This document shows, in pieces, positions 20,501-30,322 of a stretch of DNA of 64,000 nucleotides. The DNA comes from a virus (lineage: Duplodnaviria > Caudoviricetes). The stretch's first letter is position 1. Every line of letters begins with the position of its first letter. The translations under genes were made by a program, and so were the position numbers. The notes under the pieces are model-generated. The model was not told where the DNA came from, searched no databases, and worked only from the letters and a program-made list of their open reading frames with translations. Location: the IMG/VR virus record IMGVR_UViG_2859564202_000001, one strand, 5' to 3'.

Positions 20501-21975
20501 CCTAGATCCATGGAACCTGGATTCTTAAAAGTAGTAAAACTCTCATTTGATTGAGCATTAATTTCCAACGCCGAATTGCGTACCATCCGCATGGACTGCC
20601 CTGTTGGCGCCTGATCCTCCAGACTCCACGCCAGTGTTACTTTGTCAGGAACACGCATACGGGTGTTTTCTGCCCATGATTGGAAATCCACGTAGGTGGA
20701 CAACACAATCTTTGTCGCATTTGATCCAGCACTTGTGGAACTACCGCTGTCGAGGAAGGAATCCAGCGCACCGGTATAAGAGACACCAAGCAGTGGCAGG
20801 CCAACGACACCGTACACGACGCGGATAACAACCTTTTTAAACGCTGATCCCTTGTCCATGCGTCGAAACATCAACGCACCCATCATAAACAGACCAATGG
20901 AGACAGGAATAACGATGAGCCAGCCCACAGTCACTGACCAGTTATAGATCAACCCGAAGAAATCAGTCATTCCTTCAAACGGTGTTCCTTCTGTGGTCTG
21001 CCCACCAGCCATATTCTCAGTGAATGTCTTGTTAGTATTCTGAGATACTGGTCCAACGAGCAGTCTAAATGGGTTTATGGTGCTCAAGATATTCAGCACA
21101 GTGTTAAAAACCAGATCAATGCCTCCGGAGATGATGTACGCGATCATCATCGCGTACCCCATGCCCTTACGCTGAGCAAAATCAGTCTGCGAATCCTCCG
21201 CCTTTGAGCTATCAAAGCCTAAGCCACTCAGTGTCGCGCCAAATAATGCAAAGTGATAAGGCCCTTGAAAGGCATGATCAGCTAGAGAATCATAGGAGTA
21301 CGTTTTCTCGTTGTTGGCAACACCATTACCAAAGAACCAACCAGAGTCCTCGTTGTGTTTCGCGTCAGCATAACCAAGGACATTGCCTCCGTTGGCGGCC
21401 TTACTGAGAATGCCCTCCCACACCTTAAGACCGGCGTCCTCAGAATCGAGGAACTCGTTCGGTCCGCCTTCCTCTACACCGGCAGTAGCTGCCCGACCAT
21501 TGCCATAGAACGATGCCATCGCAGAGGCCATACGGTACATGGAGTAATCAGGGGCTTTATCAAGGTTCTGTTCTTTACGTTGCTCTTCGTTTTTCGCATC
21601 GTAGAAGCACTTCAAGACATCTTCTGCTTCGAGACACTTCTCGATAATGTGCATTTCACCTAAGTTCTCGGTGATGCACTTAAGAAGCATCTCGGTGTCA
21701 CCATCACTGGGACAAATCGCTTCAAAGGCAACCTCGCCCATAGCACCGACAACCTGGGCAATAATAGCGCTGGCGAAAGCATTAGCTTCACGTTCCTTGT
21801 TACCAAACGCACCAAAGCTCAAACCCACTGAGATCAAGAGCGTCATGACAACAGCCATCGTTCGGCGTCGCCACGTCTTGTGTCGGTTGTGTTTAAGCTC
21901 CATGCGCGCAATCTCAGCATCTACGTCCTGCTCACTAAGCTGTACAGGTTGCGGTTCTAAAACTGTCGCAGTCAC
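17509..21975 (-). CDS. Large polytopic membrane protein, VirB6/TcpH-like, with Gly/Ala/Ser-rich C-terminal tail
   Basis: 1488 aa with a signal/TM, two clusters of TM helices, then ~550 aa of low-complexity tail. Confidence 0.65.
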   Translation of the reverse strand: MTATVLEPQPVQLSEQDVDAEIARMELKHNRHKTWRRRTMAVVMTLLISVGLSFGAFGNKEREANAFASAIIAQVVGAMGEVAFEAICPSDGDTEMLLKCITENLGEMHIIEKCLEAEDVLKCFYDAKNEEQRKEQNLDKAPDYSMYRMASAMASFYGNGRAATAGVEEGGPNEFLDSEDAGLKVWEGILSKAANGGNVLGYADAKHNEDSGWFFGNGVANNEKTYSYDSLADHAFQGPYHFALFGATLSGLGFDSSKAEDSQTDFAQRKGMGYAMMIAYIISGGIDLVFNTVLNILSTINPFRLLVGPVSQNTNKTFTENMAGGQTTEGTPFEGMTDFFGLIYNWSVTVGWLIVIPVSIGLFMMGALMFRRMDKGSAFKKVVIRVVYGVVGLPLLGVSYTGALDSFLDSGSSTSAGSNATKIVLSTYVDFQSWAENTRMRVPDKVTLAWSLEDQAPTGQSMRMVRNSALEINAQSNESFTTFKNPGSMDLGYSMDWMEKMADPANSGTDGTSSSSATTIFQGTIALLSRYIDNDSISSGSFETSIRSAMESLTSKEGSGEAVAGGDVMAWVTGYNTASGLNEITAAELADANNPLLEVSDSAGLQGRPIDRNAVSFKSGDATASCNNSVVTGSRAVVGDYRSDCNMSPLTMYNFLNTSFHPADASVFSTSTSASSYTRASHSAVSLIGSGAMNFVYWFSAMSLMGSFIVIGIGYAGAMLFNTIRRTLSLIGAVPFAAMGFIAGVAKVIVYTIAMLVEVIGTIILYQLITRFLMAVPALFEQPLADSLSSNESAELVAGAGMGLVGMALATSGNWAIAGMVITVASSMGVIIFTIIAMKVRGSLVSGVDEAVTSVINRFLDTQVSSAGATSGDGMMRRAAATGLGIGATHMVLNRDGDGGGSDSGSGGSGGGSDSGLGEKAAGLAKVVTTVAGAGLVGKYATDALDNYADGVINGDGDGAFAAGGDATVDGDYVADGDAIASADANADFVDGVVDGAGRASFSNAAYSSDGTTLDGEGASVDAQGNPLHADGTPMSAAEAEMKMAGLSSSGTMMEKSGVKSSGITTAADVMDDQSLASSVTESGLSKIPDTYGADVSGAAGTVGTTGADYSATDSSAGLNMSEAALQSGTPMGALAGGSVSSSDQAMNDAALQIAASQGLAPAGSIAGMEQLSAQATEAPAGKAGKQLGDLSGSALNTQLASMGQQVGDSVNSAYAAGGMGGVDVAGKVTEAAQHLSQVPGQIQNAVTNADAGSSGASFGQMAQGAAGIAGVAGVIGAAGAASSAAQGAGTVQGAMGNAAAGAGMINNAVSGGATGSTGAAHVVNASHGPVAPGQAHYQESGHAQAFVQNNQANTAHTANTRAPSSAQIMGANVAGSLASQAVRGIGQPGQMGANVRDAMGGSGRSGGRGGATQGGRGAQRSGVSAKNGIRAQRGQKPSVTGQAMNAAMRSAAVSGRMANMDGNSVGGTEADPQQGSGVTEKGDKGVK

Positions 21976-22030
21976 TTGCCCGCCACCCCCTCAATATTCG
22001 TTTTAAACAATTGCTTAAAAAGTTTCATTA

Positions 22031-22100
22031 ATCCCCAATTCAAAGTTATTTTAGAATGGAATATAGAAACTTTAACACATTAAAATTGAATATTAAATGT
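22031..22100 (-). promoter_or_regulatory. Conserved promoter block (copy 1)
   Basis: ATCCCCAATTCA...GAAACTTTAACAC...TATTAAATGT shared with 48713-48780. Minus strand reads TGTGTTAAAGT (extended -10-like). Confidence 0.55.
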
Positions 22101-22158
22101 TGTTTAAAGTCGAAATTGTGAATCCAGATGGATGGGTATATCCAGCTCAAGACGTAAA

Positions 22159-22192
22159 AACCACCCTGTACACCATCAGGTACAGGGTGGTT
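22159..22192 (-). terminator. Probable intrinsic terminator
   Basis: AACCACCCTGTAC...GTACAGGGTGGTT perfect 13-bp stem with a T-tract on the minus strand. Confidence 0.7.
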
Positions 22193-22220
22193 AAAGCGGG
22201 GTGCTTTAAGTGAAATAGCT

Positions 22221-22802
22221 TTATTCAGTGGGCTTATACGAGTCAAGCTCCGTACCCATGTCATACAAGTCAGGAGATTCGCCATCAAAAAACAACTCAC
22301 AATACTCAGGGACCCCATCACAGTAATCACCTAATGTAATACGAGATGCCGAGGATTCAGCCTCTAAATCTGTAAATCCCAATTCAGACAAATGAGCGAT
22401 GACATCACTACGCACCTCGTCAAGCTTCTCGCTTCGCGCGCCACCAAAGTACCAAGATTCCAAATAGCCAACAGCCTGGTAATCCGCAGCGAATTGGAAA
22501 CCATCACCCAAGCGCTCCGCAGCCGCCTGCGCATCAGCTTTATCAAAGCCCTTACCTACAGCGTTGTCCACAGCCACAGCAGCAGATGATCCATCAGCCA
22601 CAGCAGAACGCATAAAGGTGTCTAATTGAGCATCCTTATCAACAGCTGCAGAATCTGTTGTGTCAGCCGATGCAGAAGATGAGCCAGTACTGCTACTACT
22701 AGCACCGCTACTGTCCGGGCCGTCAGCATCACTAGAGCAAGCAGATAAGCCAAACATCAGCGTACTGACAGCCAGCAGCGCAAGAGTTTTATTCTTCAAC
22801 AT
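22221..22802 (-). CDS. Lipoprotein, possibly Ltp-like exclusion protein
   Basis: Lipobox LSAC, Ser-rich linker, two GFxxxxA helical repeats. Confidence 0.7.
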   Translation of the reverse strand: MLKNKTLALLAVSTLMFGLSACSSDADGPDSSGASSSSTGSSSASADTTDSAAVDKDAQLDTFMRSAVADGSSAAVAVDNAVGKGFDKADAQAAAERLGDGFQFAADYQAVGYLESWYFGGARSEKLDEVRSDVIAHLSELGFTDLEAESSASRITLGDYCDGVPEYCELFFDGESPDLYDMGTELDSYKPTE

Positions 22803-23206
22803 GAGTTACGTCCTTAATATATACAGCAGTCGTGGTGTGGACCATGACTGCTGTAGAAGTCTCCCCCTGCACCCATGGTTAGCGTACTTTAATATTTATA
22901 ACCCAAACCATATTATTTCGCAGAATTATGTGCAAAATGTAGCGACTGCGCTACTACCCCCGGTAGAACATGGGGGGATTTAAAGAGGAAATAGCGCCGA
23001 ACATACGTGAAATAGAGACAAGCAAATAGTCTATCAGAGCACATAAAGGTGCCATACCCACTCTTTCAACTGATGACATAGGCATTCCACCCGAATGAGT
23101 AGTCGCACAACCAAGACAAATCAACGCTGTGTTACCCAACCGGATGGTGTAAGAAGCACTGAAGACTTGATTTAAAGTCATCCCCCGCTGACGGCCTTGA
23201 ATTTCT

Positions 23207-24154
23207 CTAGCCACCTGAAACCAGTTGTGGGATGTTTTCGATTATCTGTTTACCTACAAGATTTAACATTGTAGTGAAGGCTTTATCGCCGGCTTTTATG
23301 CTGAGTTCCTTCAACTTTTCAAAAGCATTCTGGATAAAACCTTTATTCGGAGACTCCTTCTTCAACTCATCCGCGATGGATTGAATGCTTTCTTCGGCTT
23401 CAGCTCTAGCTTCCCCTAAGTCGAACTTTTCAGGATTAATGGTCTGCATAATCTTCAGTAGGTCATCCACGGACAATCCCTTCTGCACAGCTTTAGCGCT
23501 GTTACCAATGGCTACAGCTCCATTGGCTTGAGTGATTGTAGTTTCGTAGTTATTTTCAATGTGCTTCATGACCGTGGCATTAACCTTTTCGCTGCTTGGT
23601 AGTTCATCCAGAGGAGTTGCGTGTGTGAGGTCGGCAATCATGGAAGTCATTAGAGTTCGGATGCGGTCCACAATTCCCGAAAAATAAGAGTTATCTAAGT
23701 AAACATTTAAATTCAAAATTTGATTTAATGGCGCGTACTGATCATTATGAAGATCGCGGACCCGAAGTAAATTCGGGGGCGATAAATTAATCCCATCCTG
23801 CCTAGTCGACCATTCAATTAGCGTTTGAATCGGCTGATCAAAATGCAGCTCTTCAGGGAAATACTTACGAGCTCTTTCAGGAACATTATGTGGCCCCAGT
23901 ACCATATTAGACATTATTGAATTACCAGCTTGAATTTTCGCGAATACAGGAGGTCCTTTCAATTTGCGATATTCCGGAATACCATCAATGGAGCCATAAC
24001 CATTTAATTCATTTTTCGCCCACTCTTGTAAAGAGTCCGAGTTAGTATCACTTCCAAGGAAGATACACGCCCGAAGAAGCTCCGTTAATGGACGCTCTTC
24101 TATTAAGCCTTTTCTGATGGATACAAGCAGAGAATCAGTCATGCTAAATATCAT
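23207..24154 (-). CDS. AbiTii domain-containing protein
   Basis: LTELLRAC...LQEWAKNELNGY...IPEYR N-terminal signature. Confidence 0.75.
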   Translation of the reverse strand: MIFSMTDSLLVSIRKGLIEERPLTELLRACIFLGSDTNSDSLQEWAKNELNGYGSIDGIPEYRKLKGPPVFAKIQAGNSIMSNMVLGPHNVPERARKYFPEELHFDQPIQTLIEWSTRQDGINLSPPNLLRVRDLHNDQYAPLNQILNLNVYLDNSYFSGIVDRIRTLMTSMIADLTHATPLDELPSSEKVNATVMKHIENNYETTITQANGAVAIGNSAKAVQKGLSVDDLLKIMQTINPEKFDLGEARAEAEESIQSIADELKKESPNKGFIQNAFEKLKELSIKAGDKAFTTMLNLVGKQIIENIPQLVSGG

Positions 24155-24190
24155 AATCCATCAAACATTTGATCGGTGTCAATCAATGCG

Positions 24191-24349
24191 TTCTGGACTG
24201 AGGTGACCACCATGCAAGACGAGGTGGACCTAGTGATCACCAACCCGCCGTTTTCTCTGTTCCGTGAGTTCCTGAGTTGGCTATTACACGGTGACGTGTT
24301 GTTTTCTATCATCGGTAACGCGAACGTAATCACATATCTAGGTGCCTGA
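24191..24349 (+). pseudogene. Fragment of an EcoRI-family adenine DNA methyltransferase
   Basis: Hand translation gives DEVDLVITNPPFSLFREF...FSIIGNANVITY, then a stop. No rest of the gene. Confidence 0.8.
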
Positions 24350-24498
24350 ATCTAGATTAAAACTATAAACATTATTTAAAACCATTGCCTTATTGGAGCA
24401 TGCTGCAAGCTTTTCGCGGTGGGCTTGCAACATCTTACATCAGAATGAATGATGTTAAACACCTAATAAGTTCAAGTAGTTAAAAGGAAATATCAACA

Positions 24499-24876
24499 AT
24501 GTTACGAAAAGCATCTATCACGCTAATGATATCCGTTACGCTCTTAACATGTGCCTCTCCAGCACAGGCACTGTCATCACAAGCACTCTCGTCAGAAAGC
24601 TCCACTTCGCAGAGTGATTCTCCTACGCAATTTGTTGCGAGTATAGCTGCGCCCTTCAATAAGAACTTAACCTATGAGCAGCGCAAAGCCATTCGTTTCG
24701 GACCTACGACAGAACAAGAAGCAGAACAATGCTTGGCAAAGTATGGTCGCGATGGCGAGGGGCCATGGCCTGCTATTGCTATCTATCCTGACTGCTCCTT
24801 CGATACTATCGAACAAGATTTCTATGATCAAGCAATATCCAAAGCCCTCTCAGTAATCAGTCTGGGAAGCTCCTAG
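24499..24876 (+). CDS. Small secreted protein ending in SLGSS
   Basis: Signal peptide (AQA site), AAGGA RBS. Confidence 0.75.
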   Translation: MLRKASITLMISVTLLTCASPAQALSSQALSSESSTSQSDSPTQFVASIAAPFNKNLTYEQRKAIRFGPTTEQEAEQCLAKYGRDGEGPWPAIAIYPDCSFDTIEQDFYDQAISKALSVISLGSS

Positions 24877-24993
24877 AAGACTCGTAACGACCAAAAGCAC
24901 CGAGAACAGATGCAACTCAAGCCCATTTACATCTGTTCTCGGTGCACTCGTATTTATAGCCTCGCGCATAGCTTCCAAAATCCAGAATCAGAT
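24827..24993. repeat. ~167-bp direct repeat copy 1 with hairpin GCACCGAGAACAGATG...CATCTGTTCTCGGTGC
   Basis: Highly similar to 30546-30713. Confidence 0.9.
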
Positions 24994-25020
24994 GGCGCAA
25001 TTAAATCAAGATCTCAGAAC

Positions 25021-26844
25021 TCATTTTTCAATCTCTTCTTTTAGGGCACCCGTCATCAATTGAGCTATCGGCCATTCATTAAAAACTGCGCGTCGATCAA
25101 CCGAAAGCTGAGTAAGCAAAAAATTCGCCTCTTCTCTATCGTCAAGAAGCAAAGCGCAACCAATCATAATCTCGCTATAGTTGTCTGGGTGCATTGTTTG
25201 ATCAAGATTATGCCTAAAAGATCGAATTTCTGTTCTTTGTGAATCCAGTAATCCAGTTTGGCGATACAAAATTTGCCAACCATTAAGCCTGTAAATTGGC
25301 GACTCTTCTCGATCTCGTTCCACGAGCCAATCATTGAGAGCTTGAGCTGCTATAAGAAATGCAGTTTTCCTGCTCTGCTCAGAATCAGCTGCCTTAATTA
25401 GGCGAAGCACCATCCATGTGGCGAGATTATCAACATCAACAGTTTCTTCAAGCGCTGAATAGAAATCAACAAGCTTATCCAAATGCAGATTCAATACTGA
25501 TGGAAGCCATCGATTATCAATGAGCTCGTACGGCGTCACTCGCTCGATTGAGGAGTCGCTCCGATCCGTTGAAGGTGTCATAGCAAAATGATGACGCTTG
25601 GAAATTACTTCATGATAAGTCCACTCCCCTGCAACATCACCAGGGTGAGCTATCAACGCAAGATTCCAACGACCAAAAGGCTGCAATATAAGTCTAGTCT
25701 CATCTTTAACCTCTAAATTCTTTACGTATTCTCCCTTAACGGCTGTTCGATACACAATATCCAACTGCCAGAACTGTTTTTCTGTAATCTCACCAATTCG
25801 AATAAGGGACGGATCAATATTGAAATGGTTAGCTATTTCTACCAACTGACGAAGAACACCCGCTTCATCCTTAAGGTCAGCCACAGTCCGGTTCGAGTTA
25901 ATCTTCAACACAACAGGTTCTTCATTAATAAAAAACGTATTCGCCTGAAGCACTCCTAGGAAGAACTCAATGTCTTTTAACCGTTCAGGAAGACTATCTT
26001 GAAACTCAACCGTAACGCTCCCCGGAGCATCAATGGCGAGCTTTTGTAGGCGGAGAGTAATCCCCTTTCCGATTTTCAATTCAATGTGCTCATCATCAAT
26101 GTTTCGATGCAAAACATTGTCATAGACGACCCCATTACACGAAACATTATAATTGGCTTGATGAAACTGCATATTCGGGGGTATTATTTCTACGGTGGCA
26201 TTGACGAACTGTTCAATTCCATCCCCAGTACGAATAATGATCGAATGGTCTGGCGAACTACCATCATATACAGCCAGCTTATCCCTATTAAGGGGTTCAG
26301 CCGATTTAACAGTAATTGATTCCATATTTTCATAGAGATAGTTACTGGGGTTCTCGACTATCTTTTCTTGCCTCGATGCGAGCGCTAATGCGATTATGGC
26401 TTCCATTCGATCTTCATCAGATGGTAACCGTTTTAAGCGGACGCTAATTGTCTTTTGGCCCGGCTTCGCTTTACTCAGTAGATCATGAATATAAAACGGT
26501 TTCAAAAGAACATACTTTGGATATTTCTTATTTGATTTCTTATCAATATCAACCACAAAAAATAAGAGACCAGCCAGTGTCACGAAGCCTCGTAGATCAA
26601 CTACTGAGACCGGATAGCTATTTAAGTCGGCAGCCTTGGCATTAACCTTTCGCCCTTTAATCTGAACATTCACCCGACCCCCAAAGCTACGCTTAGCTCC
26701 AGAAGCATCATTACTAATATCTATGTGTCCATCTGTAAAAGTGGTTTTATCATTTTCACTAAAAAACCCCTCTAAATGCGCACATGAATCGATCATCTTG
26801 CCTATTTTTCGAACCGCAGTTTTCTCTGTTTTCGATGTACTCAT
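25021..26844 (-). CDS. DUF4365-like PD-(D/E)XK nuclease domain protein
   Basis: NDK...TDGHIDI...VNVQIKG N-terminal motif and a helical C-terminus. Confidence 0.7.
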   Translation of the reverse strand: MSTSKTEKTAVRKIGKMIDSCAHLEGFFSENDKTTFTDGHIDISNDASGAKRSFGGRVNVQIKGRKVNAKAADLNSYPVSVVDLRGFVTLAGLLFFVVDIDKKSNKKYPKYVLLKPFYIHDLLSKAKPGQKTISVRLKRLPSDEDRMEAIIALALASRQEKIVENPSNYLYENMESITVKSAEPLNRDKLAVYDGSSPDHSIIIRTGDGIEQFVNATVEIIPPNMQFHQANYNVSCNGVVYDNVLHRNIDDEHIELKIGKGITLRLQKLAIDAPGSVTVEFQDSLPERLKDIEFFLGVLQANTFFINEEPVVLKINSNRTVADLKDEAGVLRQLVEIANHFNIDPSLIRIGEITEKQFWQLDIVYRTAVKGEYVKNLEVKDETRLILQPFGRWNLALIAHPGDVAGEWTYHEVISKRHHFAMTPSTDRSDSSIERVTPYELIDNRWLPSVLNLHLDKLVDFYSALEETVDVDNLATWMVLRLIKAADSEQSRKTAFLIAAQALNDWLVERDREESPIYRLNGWQILYRQTGLLDSQRTEIRSFRHNLDQTMHPDNYSEIMIGCALLLDDREEANFLLTQLSVDRRAVFNEWPIAQLMTGALKEEIEK

Positions 26845-27382
26845 TATGTATGAGACTTCCTTTTCTCGACTAACCGTTTCTCTCCTGATTCTATAATCTG
26901 GAACATGAAAGGTTTGACACGCTCACCTGGAATTAAAGGTGTCTCAGTCCATCAACTTGAGATATGAGTGACGAAAGACCCCCTCACAGAAAGCATCAAT
27001 TTCGCTACCGAGTCAAACCACGACGCTGATTTAATTTCGTCAAAGAAAGTCATGCTTAACAACTCTGGTTTTTCAGCCTCAGCGACAACCAAACCGATAA
27101 AGTCCCCTTGATAAGTAAGCCTCAACGCCATAATTCGGCGGGACTTCATGGACATTGCTGTGGCTGTCTCCTCGGAAAGGCTATACAGGTCGACCCCGGA
27201 GCAGCAGCCAAAAGAAAGGCACTGAAAGACTTTCCTGAAGACGAGTTTGGTAGGAATGCTAGCCGGGCAGGGTTTAGCGTTGGTCTACTTTTCTTAGGAA
27301 TTGTCGTCAGCTACATCGCCAATATCGATTTACTGACAAAACCCACTCTACCTAGTTACGCCTGCAACTATCAGGTAATTCT

Positions 27383-27853
27383 CTACCATTCTCGTGAGGC
27401 CGTCGATTTACTAAAAACCAAATCACCAGGACCTAACGCAGGCATGAGGATCTGCGTGTGGAATGCACGCTGCCCTAAATCAGACACGGCCTGTCGTGCA
27501 TATGGCACCAGAGTAAAAATCGCATGGTTGTTAAAATAATCCACCATTGCATCAGATTCCGTTAAATAAACCTTATTCTCAGGAATCAAATAGATTGCTT
27601 CAGGCTCTACCGTTATCTTTCCGTCGGGAACCTCGATGGACACCCTCAATGAAACCTCAATGATTCGCGGCACACCTTCTTCGTCTTTACTCTTGTCGTT
27701 AACAGTAACTCCAAGTTTAAACTCAGGACGATCTGATGGTTCCTCAATTTTGACCGATAACGCACTGAGCTCCCGATACTTTACATCCGCAAGAACTAAG
27801 TGCTGCACTAACTCATCATGATGAGAAGGTAGATGCGCTGACATGATGTCCAT
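27383..27853 (-). CDS. SecB-like chaperone
   Basis: Beta-rich N-terminal half followed by NHAIFTLVPYARQAVSDLGQR...ILMPAL, matching the SecB 'PY.R...P.l' signature. Confidence 0.7.
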   Translation of the reverse strand: MDIMSAHLPSHHDELVQHLVLADVKYRELSALSVKIEEPSDRPEFKLGVTVNDKSKDEEGVPRIIEVSLRVSIEVPDGKITVEPEAIYLIPENKVYLTESDAMVDYFNNHAIFTLVPYARQAVSDLGQRAFHTQILMPALGPGDLVFSKSTASREW

Positions 27854-27896
27854 CCTTGTCTTGGTATTTCAATCTCAACCTATAAAACCCGAAACA

Positions 27897-28280
27897 CTAC
27901 GCCAAAATGGGCTTTTCCCAATCAACGTAGGGCGGGGCAGCTTCCTGGCCGGACACGGATACGTGATTGTTTGTCCTCGACTCATACTCTTGATAGAGGG
28001 TGGCAGAAGAGCTAACCCTATAAGATATAGAAGCATCTACCGCTAGCGCATAGCGTCGGATCGTAGACAGAGTGGGATTTGCATCGTAGTGCTCAAATTG
28101 AGAAATAGCACTCTGGGAAACGCCCATCCGATTAGCCACCTCGTCTTGGCTAATGCCAGCTTTCTTTCTCAAAGCTACAAGTGAGTCAAGGAATTCACGC
28201 TGGGAAGCCAGAAGAGCTTTAGCTTTAGCTTTCATCGCTTTCTTACTGTGCGTCATGAGTTTTACCTTATATCCTCTCAT
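27897..28280 (-). CDS. XRE/HTH_3 protein, probable HigA-like antitoxin with C-terminal extension
   Basis: LRKKAGISQDEVANRMGVSQSAISQFE...NPTLSTIRRYA. Confidence 0.85.
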   Translation of the reverse strand: MRGYKVKLMTHSKKAMKAKAKALLASQREFLDSLVALRKKAGISQDEVANRMGVSQSAISQFEHYDANPTLSTIRRYALAVDASISYRVSSSATLYQEYESRTNNHVSVSGQEAAPPYVDWEKPILA

Positions 28281-28334
28281 TCAATTTTTTCTAAAAACTC
28301 GCCAATGGGGGTAGTTCGTTGATGTTAAGACGAA

Positions 28335-28844
28335 TTAATCTACTGGTGATCCATCAGCACTTAATTCGTCCCACAGTTTCACAGCAATTTCAATCTCGGT
28401 GTTTTGACGGTGTTTGGTGATTGTGTCATCAGTATTGATTTCTTTCTCGTGCGCATGAAGACCCAGAAACCAGTCACAACCTGATTTTTCAACATAGTAG
28501 AGTCGCATCAATATTGAGTATCCATCACTGTATATCCCAGAAACTGGATCTTGATCTCTTACGAAAATGTCGTTCCATCTAATCTCAAACATATCCAGCT
28601 GCGGTTGACTGGAAATACTCTTAACATGCTCTTCGGGGGTCAATCGCCCCCTCTCCGCTAGCTCCAAACGATCTTCGATAAGAGCTTCCGCATCCGCTTC
28701 GGTCAACATATTGAAGACATACTTTCTCTTCAATATGTCCATTATTTTCTCTACAGTTTCTTCAATATGGTTATCAGAGCAGTTATAACGCCAGTGATAA
28801 TGCACCGGTTTACCACCACTGCAGATGCTTTGCTTAATGACCAT
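28335..28844 (-). CDS. Putative HigB/RelE-like (Gp49-type) toxin
   Basis: MFEIRW...MRLYY...FLGLHAHEK...EIEIA pattern, positioned upstream of the HTH gene. Confidence 0.55.
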   Translation of the reverse strand: MVIKQSICSGGKPVHYHWRYNCSDNHIEETVEKIMDILKRKYVFNMLTEADAEALIEDRLELAERGRLTPEEHVKSISSQPQLDMFEIRWNDIFVRDQDPVSGIYSDGYSILMRLYYVEKSGCDWFLGLHAHEKEINTDDTITKHRQNTEIEIAVKLWDELSADGSPVD

Positions 28845-29482
28845 CTACGCATGGTAGCTAAATTGACATGGCCGTCCCGAGAAATAGTCTTTGCGTGACA
28901 TAACTCATATATCATAAAACTACGGAACCTGAGCCGCAGCAGTTTTACCTGGAACAGTCGATTCGACGTCCTACTGGTGGTCCTATCGCACCCCCTCAGG
29001 GCACCATCTAGCTGCAGGTTCACCTCGCTTGGGTCCGAGACTACCTAGTGACTGGCAGCAGTGGAGATGGGATAGCTCAGAACCTCCGTCAGCTGCACCG
29101 TGGGAAGATGACCGTTGGATTCCGTATGACGGTAATATATCCACACCAAACTGGACGATTGGCCCTTCCCCTTCGCCTGACTAACCCAGCAACGCCAGCT
29201 TCAATCTGATACAACTATGGAATGCTACGAAAAATTCTTGAGCAGAAACTAGACGTATCCCTGCCTCAGACATAGCGCTCGGGGGGGATGGCTACGAGGG
29301 CAGGGATACATACATGATCATACCTTCGACGCTGTTCGCGCGCATTTCCTACACTGAAATTGTGAACAGGTTATGCTCCAGCGCTCTGCTTCTGGAGCAT
29401 AACTCACCATCTGAGGGAGTTTTTCCTTCCAATGTGTGCAAACACGAGTAAGTAGATTCAAATTTGCTGATAAACCTGTAAT

Positions 29483-30322
29483 TTATGAACTCAAGGAAGA
29501 CCCAAAGAAAGGTACGCTATCGTCCTGGACCGACTTATCTGTCACTTCGAACAAGTAATGCACCTCCGAATACGTGCCATCTGGATAAATTAATTCTGCA
29601 GCAAACCACATTTGCCCAGTACGATCTTCCGGTGCTGTGAAGGTAAGCTCACCGGTCTTCTCATCAATGACAATAGTTGCCCCCATGAGTTCCGCATCTT
29701 CAACTGACCCATAACGATCGCGAACCACCTTAGCTCCCTGCGGAACCCCGCCAATCGCTCCATCCCCAGCAATGACCGTCATCGGAACTTTAATACTCTG
29801 ACCATTACGAACCCGTTGAGAATCTATGCTCTGAACACTGTAGTAAAAACTATCTGATACCTCGACTACTGAATGAGGTGTCACTATGTCAATAGAACTA
29901 TCAGGGTAGACCACTCTTACAGTTACTCGATCTATATAAGATCGCGTCACTTCCCCAGGGTTGTAACTAATAGTTCCGGCGCCTCCAAAAGTATGCCGGA
30001 TCACTCCTGTCTGTGAATCCAGCCGGGAGGTGACTACGCCATCGCTAACGGCGACTGCAAATGTGTCACTGTCAAGGACGAACCGAGTCCCCTCTGGTAA
30101 TTCCGCAAAGTTTTCAACGGTCTGTGAGACCGAATTAGGCAAACCTGCATCATTATTTATCGAGCCGAGACGCGTTTCTAACGACTCGTAATCCGGCTCG
30201 TAAAGAGCCGCCATGGGTACATTTTCCTGTGCAATTGCAACACTCGCGCCATTAACCGTTGTCCCAAATACTAACGAACATGACAGAATGGCAGTAACCA
30301 AAGTGCGTGACTGTACCAACAT
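29483..30322 (-). CDS. Secreted YPDG/Rib-like domain protein (paralog A)
   Basis: Signal peptide, two V.YPD[GS] Rib-like repeats, C-terminal GSSLSS. Confidence 0.75.
   Translation of the reverse strand: MLVQSRTLVTAILSCSLVFGTTVNGASVAIAQENVPMAALYEPDYESLETRLGSINNDAGLPNSVSQTVENFAELPEGTRFVLDSDTFAVAVSDGVVTSRLDSQTGVIRHTFGGAGTISYNPGEVTRSYIDRVTVRVVYPDSSIDIVTPHSVVEVSDSFYYSVQSIDSQRVRNGQSIKVPMTVIAGDGAIGGVPQGAKVVRDRYGSVEDAELMGATIVIDEKTGELTFTAPEDRTGQMWFAAELIYPDGTYSEVHYLFEVTDKSVQDDSVPFFGSSLSS

Noticed and set aside
24151-24333. 60-aa minus-strand ORF
   Set aside because: It is the antisense of the methyltransferase remnant.
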